A stretch of DNA of 64,000 nucleotides from Botryllus schlosseri (lineage: Eukaryota): the NCBI GenBank assembly GCA_051294905.1, contig CM119386.1, positions 3,968,001 to 4,032,000 on the forward strand, in the 5' to 3' direction. A program made the translations under genes and the position numbers. The notes under the pieces are model-generated. The model ran no database searches. It was not told where the DNA came from and saw nothing but the letters and a program-made list of their open reading frames with translations. Position 1 is the stretch's first letter; the number at the start of each line of letters is the position of its first letter. Shown in pieces: positions 37,061 through 49,530 of this stretch.

Positions 37061-39097
37061 AATAAACGGCGACCGTGAACCTCAAGAGTTCCAGTACACC
37101 GGCTTTGCAATTGTAAATAAAAGCTGAGCATGATCGTACACAAACCTAATAAAGATATTGATTTCCTAATAGCAGAAAATTAAATTTTCCCAGCGGATAA
37201 ATGTTGACTTAAATCATCACAGAGGTTCAAGAACCGTGATACTCGGAACTGTAATACAAAAGGGATACCTCATATGTATTGAAGTACGCATAATCTCAAT
37301 CATTCAAGAAAGACTACGGATCGATATTAATCGATGTCTTGGGCATTAATAACTATAACTCAGTATGTCCTAGTCTAAGCGCTGCAGAAGCAATGAGGCG
37401 GCATATACTGGATTGAACTTCCAGTAAGATGCATGCGAAAGGTGAGATATGTTGCATAAATTGTCGTTTCGTGATGATTTAATATTTTGTAGGGCAATAG
37501 ATGACCTCAGCGGGAATATTGGCGTGGTATAACATTAGAATTCTAATTTTGCGGTAATGTTATAATTTTGCGAAGAAAAGACGCAACTACGGTAGATCGA
37601 AACGTGCAAGTGTTGAGGCGGTAGAAAAGTGGGCACCGTACCGAAAAAAAACGATGGACCGGGAACTTTCCGCTTCGGTTAATCAGCCAGTCAAGTCAGT
37701 CGGTCAGTCAGATTTATTTCTCCAAAAAGCAAAGTCATTGAGGGTTATTTGACAATGATAGGCCGTGATGGACAGGAGTCGACAAGGTGTAAACTGAGGT
37801 GCCATTCAAGTAGCAGCGAGGCTGTAAAAATTCTACTCTGAGACAGGTAGAAACAAGCATAAGTAAAAAATTGATTTTTGAAATGAGTTGATGTAACTGT
37901 GAAAGTTGATCACAACCACCGTGAAAGCATACCGATAGTTACTATAAAATTCGAATTAGGACGCGATGAGGGGGTTTATTTCGTCTGCATCACCGAGGTG
38001 CTTGGGCGATGAAGATGCGAATGAACCGGAAGGTTATCGAGTAAGCATCATGCACCATCATTCGTCTCCACGCTATTCCGGAGTACTCAACGCCTAACGG
38101 AGAAACCGTACACGCAGCAAACAAACTAGTATTCAGAGGTGGTGAATAACAAAGTACTTCTACCTTTTTCATAGTACTCAAGTAGTTTTCCTCCCCTTGT
38201 AATCCTCAATCAAGTAATAATAATTTCCAGATACTTGTACTTCGTATATACTGTCATTTCCTTACTCACTTTTCCCTATATACAGTTTGTTATGTAGCAG
38301 TATTACATTCTTTCAATGAGAGAGAGAGAATAAGACGGATAAATTTAGGGGCTTTACAGTTTTCACGAAGAGCTAAATAGAATTGAATTTTCATAAAATT
38401 TGAAGTCCAGAATTTTGATGGTGCTTCGCGCGGAATAGATATGGAGTGACAAATGTGTTTTCATTTAATTATCGGTCAATATTATTTATATAGCGAGTTG
38501 CGTGGTTCTTTTCACACCGCACAAAAGGCATAAAATATATTTTGTGCTCCTTGACATGTTATTTGTATTTTCCTTTTATGCATGGTATCATTACTGTGAG
38601 GTCTTCTATTTATTGCCAGTTCTTTTGTCTGGAACACATGCATGTTGAAGTGTAAAACTAAATATAGTATTGCCTCTATTTTCCGGTGGCAAATTAATTG
38701 TAAACTGCATTTGTACGACCGACATTATTTTTAGTAACGTACTAATTTCGAAGTTTTAGAGGAACAGATAATTGAAAACGTGGAATCGAAATCACAGAAT
38801 TTATGCGATAAATTTTGATTCCGAGGGCAAGTTACTCCATTGGCGTGTCCCCGTGTTCTTGCGTAATAGAATATGCAGAGTTCCCAATAAAGTGATCATT
38901 TGGAGCATTCGAATCGAATATTTGGCAGTGTTTATTGGATATATGCTTCATTATGATTTTGCTCACGGCTCAATCTTTATGCTATATTTTTCAGTACCGA
39001 TCTGTTCTGCAAGATGCACCCAATTACACCCAATTAAAAGCGACATTAAGCTGGCACAGCCTTGTATGAGTTCATTGTCGATTGTTACTGCATAGAT

Positions 39098-40549
39098 CAG
39101 AGGTCTCAAACTCAAATGTGCTCGCGGGCCAATTTCCTAGTTTTGATGACGTCGCGGGCCGCAGCATCAATAATAGGGAAATTCAATGTATAATTTGCAA
39201 ACAGCCCTTAATTGACGGGACCTTGCAAAGATCGTGGAAATGTAATTTACCATTGTATTATTCACGCTTGACACGGAAAAAATCGCATTTTCAAATATTT
39301 GGATAAAATTGTTCCGGTGTCGGGATATATATAATATTGCAGCTAGTGGACCTTTGACGTGCGACAATTTTATGTAGAATATTTTAAAATCTACTGAAGA
39401 CTGATCTGATATCAGAGCATTTGAGCGGTTTAGCCTAATCCTGGTTTTGATATAGTCGTGATAAGTATATAGGCTATTGTTACTGTCATTTTCAAAGTCC
39501 AATTAATTCAGCGCTAAATTTTTGACTTCGATTATTATTGGAACTTATCAATAACAACTTAAATATAATCATCATTGAGCCATAGTAATAGCATTGCTTT
39601 TAAACCTTTTTAGCGATCGTACCCTTTGTGCTTCCAATGAGATTTCTCGTAGCCCCTGTCCATTTTCAACGCAATTTCTGATGGTACCTATATTAAAATC
39701 AGAAAGCCCTTTCACATAAAATCGCACGTAGCGCGAATACTATTTTCCAATTGAATAAATTGGCCAAGAAAATATTCCCCAGCATAGAGGCCTAATCGCA
39801 TCTCGTACACCCTGATGTGGTGCTTCGTACCCCGATGGGCCTACTGGACCTGGTTAAGAACCCTTGGAAGAGAAATGTGTGAAATGAGAATTTATTGGTG
39901 TTAGAGCTGTAGAGCGCCCGTACCTTACTCGCCACCGATAATAACATGGATAATGAGAACAAACAACACCCAGCAAGTAACCAACTATACGTCACGGGGG
40001 TCACAGTATATGCCAATGGTGGTCATACTGACCTGATTAGATAGCTATATACCCTGCGCAACGCAAGCTATACGACCTTTTGATATATTACTACTCCCGA
40101 TGACAGTTTCATAGATTGTTGCGTCTGTAGGATTACCAAGTCACCGTTCCGAGTCGCAAGTTCTTCTCTGATTTTAACGTTTGACCCGATTCAACTCGAG
40201 TAATTTTTATTAAATCGCCCAGACAATCCGAAATCGAGTAATTTTACGAGAGGGTCGCAACAAACCAAATCACAATTTTTAGTCACGAATCATCAACGGG
40301 TCATGTTTTATCATAATGAACTAGGAATGTGACGTATTAGCTGATCTTCTACCGCATGGTAGCTTTTAAAAGTGATGTGAAGTTTGTTGAGATTTCAGTG
40401 ATTTTCATAGTAGTTTTTGTATGAACTTTAAGTTCTTATATCTAAAAAAGATATGTGGCACTTGAATATATTGTTGGACACTTGAAATTCCAAAATGCCG
40501 TCGCGGGCCGCACAAAATGCTCTCGCGGGCCGCGTGTTTGAGATCTCTG
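39098..40549. mobile_element. hAT (Buster-type) non-autonomous element, 1452 bp
   Basis: TIR CAGAGGTCTCAAAC (13/14); subterminal GCGGGCCG motifs; perfect TSD GCATAGAT (39090-39097, 40550-40557). Confidence 0.9.
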
Positions 40550-43396
40550 GCATAGATCGTCATTGATTCACAATAATCACTCATCTTGTGTTAAAACGTA
40601 CGAAGTACTGTTTATTGTGACATAACTTAACATGGGAATTGCGAGCATGTGTCGTAATTCAGCTGCGAATTGTCCTAGTTTTTTACGTGCAAATTTTACT
40701 TTTCTTCCGTTTCTGGGCATTTTGACCGAATAAAGCGGTGTCCAGATTATCCAGTGTCCGAAAAAGCGGAGTAGACTGTATTCCAAAGGAATAAATAGCA
40801 GAGCAAGTTCAGGGACAAGATTGATATGGGCCAAAACAGACTTATTTGTGACGGCATTGCGTGCTGTGTGGCTCACATCACCATTTCTTAACCTATATGG
40901 AATATATTGTAGGGTTACCATACGTCCTTTTTTTTACTTTTTTGCCACCCAAACGTCCTCTTTTTTGAGAATTTTGGTTAAAGGGTAAAATTCGAATGAG
41001 ATACAGTAAATCAGCACTGAAGTAACGCTCCGGCGGCTATTACGGAAGCTGAGCCGGAAAGTTGATCCGAAAATTTTGAAAAAATACTATATTGTTAATC
41101 CTAGAACATTCGATATGACTTTTTTGTATATAGGTGATACCCATTATATCACAACACAGCTTAATGTGTCAGGAACTGATTGCTCATTGATTTTTAACGA
41201 CATAGCTTGATACTGCTTCTGTTCCAATGGCTGGTGCAATACACATGCTCAACAAGTTTTCGAATCGTCCAGAATCAAGTATGGAACATCAGAAGAAAAA
41301 TTCTAGCACCTACCTTCAAACCCCAAACAGGTAATATCTAAGGTGAAGTATAAATCCGAATTTGAGTAATCTGAGGAGTAATCTGAGGATTACTCGATTT
41401 CTGATCTATTACGTTACAAATCATTCATTATTCAGGCAGTCGATTCCGAGCTTAATTTCGCTAGTTGGGGATAAGTATAATGTAGCGTAGCTATATAATG
41501 TGTAGGCCTATTCTGCGACTAGGTCGCTACAATCCTGTTCGTGGTATCCTTAGAATAAGTTGCTGAAGGAGACTACATATAGCGAAATCACAGCAAATCC
41601 CTTCAATTGTACAAATATGATCTTTATAAGGGCTATGGTACAACTGCACGCTTATCGTTCCATGTCGTTAGGGTCGTTACGGACTAAAAAGTTTAATTTC
41701 ATCGACATGCGACAAAATATCAACAATTCTCTAAAGAGGTCTAGCTGTTTCATCTTCGAAAAATATCTTTTATAGGTGCTTGATAAATATTTTTCGCGAA
41801 TATCCATTGCGGGCGGACGGTGCACCAAATCTCAGAGATGATAAGCACCCCAAGAGTTTTCGCTAAAACGATTTTTTTGTTATTAACAATAATAATAATA
41901 AATAAACATATGTGCAACTTTCAAATCAGCCAGAATTACATAGCAATCCAATCATTACAGGAGCGTGATGCCTAAAGTACGAAGAACGTTTGGCAAGGAT
42001 CGAGCACCAAAAAGATTTCGTAAAAAAAGGTGGGGATATAGTCAGGAAAGGCTTTTTGTAGCCGAGAAATTTCGGACAAAAGTTCTCAGACCTAGAATTA
42101 TATTAGGACTCCGCGAGAAAAATTAAACGGAAAGCTATAGTTCGGAATTCGATTATACCAGTGTCTCACAAACTTTTTTACACGACGCCCATGGGACGCA
42201 AACCAAGTATAGAACATCGCCCTAACCCCTCCTGTTTGGTTCATTACGTAAACTTTTGGCCTTGATCTAATTCAGGGGCGGCCAACCTTTTCGGCCAAGG
42301 GGCCACATGACATTTGCGAATCTTTGCGCGGGTCACTTGAATGTTGAATGCTGATGACCTTTCTTTAGTCGTCCGATAAGAGCGAACCGGATTACGTAAC
42401 GATGAAAACAAGACTGGGTGGATTGCACAGATGCCGATTGAAAAGTAATCATCGATTGCCTTAATCGGCGATAATTTAATCAGCGAGCAAGGTCACCTAG
42501 TGACTCTGTGGTACAGATACGGATTCGCCTGTGAGTTATCTTATCGCGGATTACTGACGCAAATCGACGCAAATGACGTACGTTAGCAATCAGCTGTTTT
42601 CGGTCGGTGGCGGTATGAACTGTGTCGTCATAAGGGAGAGATGCGATCTTCATAGATGTGTATGTTTAGTTGATGTCAGTGAAGTTGTTGTATGAGGTTT
42701 ATTCGTTGCAGATCTAACTAAACTGTTGCCACTGCATAGTGCTAGGTTATGAACGCCAAGCTTCCCCTTCTACTGTAGAAAATGCGAAGCCAGAATAAAA
42801 ACGTTTCGAGGTTATGATAAAATGTATTGTAGGACTAGACTACCAAAATCATCGTCTTATACCGGTGTAGCTATGCCAGAAACTGTACATATCCTACTGC
42901 AAATTTCGTATGTTGCATGGCATTTATCTAACTACGTTTAATAAGGAATTTCATTTTCCGTTTACACGTTTATTGATGCAGTCGTCGCGATAGCCACTTC
43001 ACCAATGTGAATATTTATAAATTGAGTTCATACAAAACATCTGTGTAGATTCTGCAGAACATACATTAGCATCAGATTTCTCCATATCAATTGGTTCTGA
43101 AGGAGTGTAGAAGTATATTTCAGCCATTGCAAGGATTTAACTGTTGTGCAATGTGGAGATGTTATCCTACAATAAGCATATGCATATTTGCTCAAATGCT
43201 GTGAAAATAGGTATGCATTTATGATACAATTTTGCAATGCAAAGTTAACTGCTGTTACCCAGTTGAGTAATCTTGTAAGCTGACAACCAAGCCTCTAGTC
43301 AGTTTATCAATAGTTTTACAGTGACCAAAAAATTCAATACAACCTGTTTTAATGAAAAGCTACACCAATATAGTCAAATAACAACCGAGAAGAACA

Positions 43397-44437
43397 ATGG
43401 ATCCATACCTCGATGTTCTTGCTACGCTCCGGAGGTTAGAGAGTCTTGTAGAAGAAAGAGTGCCAAGAAGATTGGTAAAAGACAGAGCCAATCCACTGGA
43501 ATGTCTGACTGATGAGAAATTTGTCGATAGGTATCGGCTGTCAAGACAATCCACTGTGGATTTACTGTCCATTATCAAAGATGATTTGACGTATGAAAGT
43601 AGTCGATGTCATGCTATCCCGCCCCACTTCCGGCTGCTTGTCACCCTTCGCTTTTTTGCTGCGGGTCATTTCCAAAGGACTGATGGTGATTTGATACCAA
43701 TGGATAAGAGCAGTGTTTGCAGGATTGTACATCAAGTGTCGAGGGCAATAGCTGGCAAAAGACATGCTTTTATGAAATTCCCTTCAACACCACCGGAAGT
43801 GCGTGCCCAAATGAACGCGTTTTATGAGGAACATCAATTCCCAGTAGTTGGCCTGGTTGATGGTACCCATGTCCGAATTTGCAGTCCTGGCGGTGACAAC
43901 GCTGAATTGTATCGTAATCGAAAAGGCTATTTCTCAATTAATGTACAACTTGCCTGTGATTCCAATATGGAATTCATTCATGTGGTATCAAGATGGGCAG
44001 GAAGTACACATGATAGCAGGGTCCTTGAAAACAGTACTCTTCCCATGGCAATTCAAAAAACTGATGGTGTTCTACTTGGAGACAGTGGCTATCCGTGCTT
44101 GCCATACCTCATGACCCCTATTTTAAATCCATCCACTCTGTCGGAATCAAGATATAATAAGTCCCACATTGCCACCCGTATTAAAATAGAAAGGACTTTC
44201 GGGGTATGGAAACAAAGGTACCGATGTCTAGCAATACCTCTTCGTACCAAGCTGCAAAATTCTTTCACAATTATTGTTGCGACTGTTTGCCTGCATAATT
44301 TTTGTATGAGGCGGAGGGAAATTAATCTGAGCGAATACACCGCGGAGGTTAGCGACACCGATAACGTGACAGCACAACCGAGCACGACTTCAGGCAACAT
44401 GAAGCGGAGAGAGATTGTGCAAAATCACTTTTCTTGA
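43397..44437 (+). CDS. Harbinger/PIF DDE transposase (HARBI1-like, DDE_Tnp_4), 346 aa, uninterrupted
   Basis: LLVTLRFFAAG, HTH-like DKSSVCRIV, GLVDGTH, NRKGYFSINVQ, GSTHDSRV, LLGDSGY, IERTFGVWKQRY, LHNF. The catalytic D/D/E positions appear intact. Confidence 0.95.
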   Translation: MDPYLDVLATLRRLESLVEERVPRRLVKDRANPLECLTDEKFVDRYRLSRQSTVDLLSIIKDDLTYESSRCHAIPPHFRLLVTLRFFAAGHFQRTDGDLIPMDKSSVCRIVHQVSRAIAGKRHAFMKFPSTPPEVRAQMNAFYEEHQFPVVGLVDGTHVRICSPGGDNAELYRNRKGYFSINVQLACDSNMEFIHVVSRWAGSTHDSRVLENSTLPMAIQKTDGVLLGDSGYPCLPYLMTPILNPSTLSESRYNKSHIATRIKIERTFGVWKQRYRCLAIPLRTKLQNSFTIIVATVCLHNFCMRRREINLSEYTAEVSDTDNVTAQPSTTSGNMKRREIVQNHFS

Positions 44438-44779
44438 GTGTCTATATCAATTCATCTATTGTTTGAACATCAATAATCACACATTCAATTCCTGGTCTAT
44501 TACTTTTATTACCAGATCCAGTATGCTTTACTCAGAATTGGACAACTAGAAAATTAGTACAGAATTATAGATATGGTAGGTATTTTGTAATTAAATTAGA
44601 ATGGGGATATCTGAATATGTCAAAATTTGGAAATTGAATCGCTTTAGTATTGGAGGTTTCTACTGTAGCATTTTCAGCAAAACCAGAAATTAGGTTGGAA
44701 TTATATTACCATCATTTCGCACTAACTAGTCTAATTAGACAGCCAATTAACTAGTTGTCCAAGTCTGGTTTTTGTTGTT

Positions 44780-44949
44780 CTATTTCGTTTCGTCGCTGTA
44801 TTTTTTCAATTTTGCTGCGTGCAGTTCTTTTGCCATTTCCAGTTTTTGCTTTTTAATTTCCAGTTTCTCCCGTTTGACATACATCTTCAATTCGAAATAC
44901 TTCATTCTGATATTGTGTTGCTCCTTGGCCATTTCCAGGACACTCATTT
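44780..44949 (-). CDS. Harbinger Myb/SANT-like protein, exon 6 (coiled-coil C-terminus)
   Basis: GTTCAG|AA; EMSVLEMAKEQHNIRMKYFELKMYVKREKLEIKKQKLEMAKELHAAKLKKYSDETK*. Confidence 0.8.
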
Positions 44950-45011
44950 CTGAACACCACATTTTGATCAGCAACATTATGATTAAAATATAATTTTTTC
45001 TCTCAACACAC

Positions 45012-45098
45012 CTGGCTTTTCCAGACTTTGAATTCTGGCCCTCTTTTTTGAGACAATCGGTGTCGATCTGTTTGTTTTCTCTGTTTCCTCTTGTATAT
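45012..45098 (-). CDS. Harbinger Myb/SANT-like protein, exon 5 (87 nt)
   Basis: ATGCAG|AT...CCA G|GTGTGT; phase 1-1; DIQEETEKTNRSTPIVSKKRARIQSLEKP (NLS-like KKRAR); flanked by 60- and 62-nt introns. Confidence 0.7.
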
Positions 45099-45158
45099 CT
45101 GCATGCAGCAATGAATAAACTGTGGGCTGCAATATTGTATGCTAATGCTAACACTTAC

Positions 45159-45245
45159 CGGTCTGGTGTTCCATCGCAAAGTCTTTCAAGGGTACTGAAG
45201 GTAGTGTTACATCGCCATCAACGAAAAGAGCAGCGGTTTCATTTG
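45159..45245 (-). CDS. Harbinger Myb/SANT-like protein, exon 4 (87 nt)
   Basis: CTTTTCTTGCAG|CA...ACC G|GTAAGT; phase 1-1; ANETAALFVDGDVTLPSVPLKDFAMEHQT. Confidence 0.7.
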
Positions 45246-45470
45246 CTGCAAGAAAAGTACGGATAACAACAGTTGTATCCTGATAGAGCATGTTGTTGTC
45301 AGTCAAAACAACCTCGAATCTTCTATTTGAAGTATTCGTGTGAGAGAGTCTTAATTTTAATCCAACCAAAATACATAACACACAGCAGTGATGGTGGTAC
45401 AGAAAATATGCTTGCACAGTATTCGGCTACGTTGGTACCAACATGAATTGAAATTACTACCTATACTTAC

Positions 45471-45557
45471 CATCGCTGTTGTGACATGACGAGCCATCCT
45501 CTGTGTTCACATCATCGTTAATAATGAAGGTGCAGATTGAATCCTGGGAATATCCAT
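45471..45557 (-). CDS. Harbinger Myb/SANT-like protein, exon 3 (87 nt)
   Basis: TTTTTATTCAG|AT...GAT G|GTAAGT; phase 1-1; DGYSQDSICTFIINDDVNTEDGSSCHNSD. Confidence 0.7.
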
Positions 45558-45934
45558 CTGAATAAAAATGCAATGCTTCAGAAGAACAGTAAAATCTATG
45601 AAGGCCTACAAAACTTGTTACTGGACTGCTAATACATGCTTCAGTATGAATCTTTCTCAAATATCTAGAAAATTTTAGTTAGAAATACATTAGAAAAGTT
45701 ACTTTCAAATTTTTCTTTCATGGTTTATCTTATCATCGCGAAACATAGGAAGGACGGAAGACTAAAATCATGAATTGAGTGGAGTTAGAATTATCAGTTT
45801 GGAATGGGATGAATTGAGTTGACTCGGTTCACCGCTTCAATATGCCAGACTGTTACAAATTAAAATTTGATGCAAGTTCCTCAGCCGTTGGTTGTAATAG
45901 TTAGCCTACATATTCAAAAAAATAATGTGCTCAC

Positions 45935-46012
45935 CATTGTTTGGGTAGCTATCCAATACACTATCGTCGTCATACGGATGTTTCAGACTTTCAATTTGAG
46001 ATGGGATAAGTT
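45935..46012 (-). CDS. Harbinger Myb/SANT-like protein, exon 2 (78 nt)
   Basis: CACTTTTCAG|AA...AAT G|GTGAGC; phase 1-1; ELIPSQIESLKHPYDDDSVLDSYPNN. Confidence 0.75.
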
Positions 46013-46337
46013 CTGAAAAGTGATAATAAATATACCAGTTTTATGAAAACAAATGCAGATTAATCAAGAAGCGGTTCACATTCGAGATTCGCTGAGCAGT
46101 GTTCCCCATGTGCCATTTTCGTATAGCTGATGTGCAGCAGACTCTGGATATGGTTAGTTTTTTATGAATACAAAAAGACAATATATGTATGTTTTTCAAG
46201 CTCATCAAAATTCATATATTTGGCTCAAAACGAGCGTCAATATATGTATGAAGCACGCTGCGAGTCACGATAAACACAGATGGAAACAATAAATCAGCTA
46301 ATGCGAATTTTTAAGAATTGCCAGTCAAGTTACCTAC

Positions 46338-46653
46338 CGAAAACCTTTTCCAAGAGGTCGTCAACTGGAGGTGGCGGTGGGCCACCACCAGTTTTGGCCC
46401 GTTCCACGCGTCGTGAGGCATAAATCTTTTTTGCTTTTTGTTTCATATTTTTCCATGCATTCTGGATTTGGCCAGTTGTCCGCGCAGGACCATTATTCAT
46501 GGCTGCATATTTCTTGCTGATTGCATCCCAGGCGACATCTTTTTGTTTTGTTGTTTTGCCATCTGTTTTTTTGTTTTCCACAGTTGCAATATATTCTTCA
46601 ATCAATTCTATTAATCGAAACTTTTCTTGTCTATTGAAATTCTCCGTCCTCAT
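46338..46653 (-). CDS. Harbinger Myb/SANT-like DNA-binding protein, exon 1 (MSANTD/NAIF1-like domain)
   Basis: MRTENFNRQEKFRLIELIEEY...VENKKTD...KDVAWDAISKKY...RTTGQIQNAWKNMKQKAKK...KTGGGP, a typical Myb/SANT-like trihelix domain; donor G|GTAGGT. Confidence 0.92.
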
Positions 46654-46703
46654 ACTCTAATTCCAAAGTATACTACCGATTTTTATGCAGCCTGTAAAAT
46701 GGC

Positions 46704-48038
46704 CAGAGGTGGTCAGTAACGAAGTACTTCTACTTTTTCGAAGTACTCAAGTAGTTTTCCTCTAATTCTGGTACTTACCCAAGTAGATCTGATTTTCGCT
46801 ACTTCTACTTCTACTTCATAATATTTTGTGCTCTACTTACTTACTTTTCGCTATTTTTAGTTTGTCAAGTAGAAGTAGTTCAATCTTCCAATCAGGTAGA
46901 TAGTCTGAGGAATTTCGGGGCTGTTTTCACGGAGTACCACCATTTGATTTCCATAAAAAAGCCAGTAAAGCCAGAATTTCAGTCGCGCAGTGGATACGGC
47001 GTTACCAGTATGATTTCACGAAAGTATCGATGAATATAATTCATGTGGCGGGTTGGCGTGATTCCGTTCACACAGGGATATCCAGAATTATATATCTAGA
47101 TATCCCTGAGTCCACACCACATTGTCGCCCTTCGCGCATATGAAATAATTCATCGCAGTATATATGGTTAATCATAACGTTTGAAACTGATGTTTCGCAA
47201 TCCAGCATTTAATTACTTGTCATATCGTAATCTAGCATGTCCACGGCGCTTCCTAACTTGGAATAGTGGACTCTGACCTTTTTTGTTAGTTTTAGAGCTG
47301 TTTCAGCATACCACCGTTGATACTTTCTGGACTAAAGGCATGGAAAACGTTTACCGCTTTTAGAACTAGTATTTATGTTCTATTTTCAATTCCCAGTATC
47401 ATATACTTTGAGTTATAATCAATATCAGTTCTTTGGTATGGATACCATGCATGTTGAAGTTTGAAAGCAAGTGTAGTAATGCCTGTAATTTCCGGAAATA
47501 AAGCTACACAATATGGGATTTTTACGGCCCACCATATTTTTTATTAACGTTTACTAATCGCGCAAAGTGTTTACACCGTATCCTATACAACTCTTCCGTA
47601 TTGCTCTTCGACTAAACTACGGACCTTATAATATGGGGGATGGCGCCATACCATGCTATTTTTTAAAACGTGCTGTTCGAGAAAACAGGATAAGTATCGC
47701 ATTTCCATATCAATCCTATCATTTTCATCCCATGATGTGGACGAATGCTTATGCTATCAAAAATTGGATACCGGCTGGTATGCATCAATGTGAATATAGC
47801 TCGTCACCTTTCGCATAGCTTAATTTGCACCTTTATACAATCCATGTGAACAAATTAGGATCGTTTTCACAACTACTTACTTACTTAAGTACTTTTAAAG
47901 TCAGTCAATTCTACTTCTACTTCAAGTAGTTTAAGGTTGCTTATGGAAGAAGTACTTTTACTCGTACTTGAGTAGATTTTTTCGTCGGTACTTCTACTTC
48001 TACTTGAGTAGCTTTCTTGGCTACTTTGACCACCTCTG
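46704..48038. mobile_element. hAT MITE (1335 bp, AAGTA/TACTT-rich) inserted in the Harbinger
   Basis: 12-bp TIR CAGAGGTGGTCA; perfect TSD AAAATGGC (46696-46703, 48039-48046). Related left ends at ~8606, ~38133 and ~60518. Confidence 0.9.
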
Positions 48039-49479
48039 AAAATGGCATACCGGTAATCATATCATAACGTACTCTCAGCTGTGGTGGGCCTTATTATATG
48101 CGCAAACAGTTGTAGTAGTGTCAGAGTACAATAATTTCAGCTAATACCGCAACTGCACGCGAGAGCTTCTACTCAACACCATCTCAGTACCAAGCACAGG
48201 TGTCTATAGCCAGCCCAGACAGCAGCCACGCCGCGAAGCACACAGCCGATTAACTTTCTAGACACCTCGTTCGGCGGATAACATTTGACCGATTAAAATT
48301 CACGGATTAGTGGCTAATCGTTATCTGTACCACGGAAGGCAGCCGATTACTGACGTTTAATCGACGATTACCACTTAATCGACATCTGTGCAATCCACCC
48401 TTAGCCTTCGCATCAAAATCGATTAGAAATATGTAATGAAAAGTCAGTGTGCATAGTGCAGTCATGATCTAATCGCCCCAAGCGCGAATTTTTTTTTAAA
48501 GTTAATGAATGAAATCGGCCGATCGTAATATTATTGGCTTAAATTGCGGGTCGCCGCTGTATGCCGCTGTGTTCACTTGGAAAGGACAGGATTGTTCGGC
48601 ACCAAGGCATATAAATTTTCAAGATTTCGGCTTAGATGCGTCTATCATTTTGTGCAAAGGTTTCATCGCCGACAATCTTTCTGCAAGTGCAGACGCGAAG
48701 TCGGATATTGGACGACACGTTGTCTCATAATTTCGAGTATTGTCAGACTCAATTCGGAAAATTTTCAGGAGGGGGTACTAAAGCAAGAAATTGAGTGACA
48801 ATAAATCGCGCAAAGCACTAAGTAAAATATGAAGTTAAATAAATCTACAACGAAATATTCTACGTTATTGTCGGATACGAAGATCTACGAAAAATGTGGC
48901 GGGCCCCTGGTTACGCAAATGCGTCGGAACTGATATTTAAGTCATCAAGAACCAAAATTTCGTGGTCAAGCTAATAAAATTTTTGCTTGGCCGTGCAAAT
49001 TCACAATAAATTACTTGCGTAATTTATTATTTGATATTATAGCAAATTTCGGGAATTATCTCGCGGGCCACTCAGAATCTGATCGGGAGCTCCATCTGGC
49101 CCGCGGGCCACGGGTTGGCCGCCTCTGATCTAATTCATTGCTCGATATACGTTATGTATACGCTATGCCAAAGTCGGATCTTGTACGGATTCTAAGGACA
49201 GTCGAATCAGTAAAAACAATCGTACAAGGCAATTTCTCTTCCATGTAATAGCACTTCGCTTTGGAGCGTTGTACATGCGTTTGAATGTGTGCTCATAACT
49301 AGCGCTCAATAAGTGTTAGTGAATAATTATAGCATTTGGTATTTGATTGATAGATTGTTTGCCTAGAAAACTTAATGTAGCATAACAATGAGCATAAGCG
49401 AGAGCGTTAGTGACGATTTGCGATTGAATGCATCTTGTACGGCCGCGAAAGCTGTGATCACATTTTCATAAATCAGACT

Positions 49480-49481
<2 letters not shown>

Positions 49482-49528
<47 letters not shown>
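49482..49528. repeat. (GA)n microsatellite
   Basis: Seen directly. Confidence 0.95.

Positions 49529-49530
<2 letters not shown>

Larger units (their letters stand above)
42416..48400. mobile_element. PIF/Harbinger DNA transposon, apparently full length
   Basis: Inverted repeat GGGTGGATTGCACAGATGCCGATT vs ...GATGTCGATT (23/24) with TAATCG/CGATTA submotifs; encodes a transposase and a Myb/SANT-like protein. 3-bp flanks differ (ACT left, TTA right), so the TSD is not confirmed. Confidence 0.85.
42273..49127. mobile_element. hAT (Buster-type) MITE (~870 bp of its own sequence) enclosing a Harbinger transposon
   Basis: TIR CAGGGGCGGCCAACC / GGTTGGCCGCCTCTG (14/15); perfect TSD ATCTAATT (42265-42272, 49128-49135); GCGGGCC motifs near the right end. 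Confidence 0.85.

Noticed and set aside
43397-46653. Domesticated HARBI1/NAIF1-type host gene pair
   Set aside because: The pair is flanked by 24-bp TIRs and nested in a MITE, which fits a transposon better. Single-copy orthologous conservation would overturn this.
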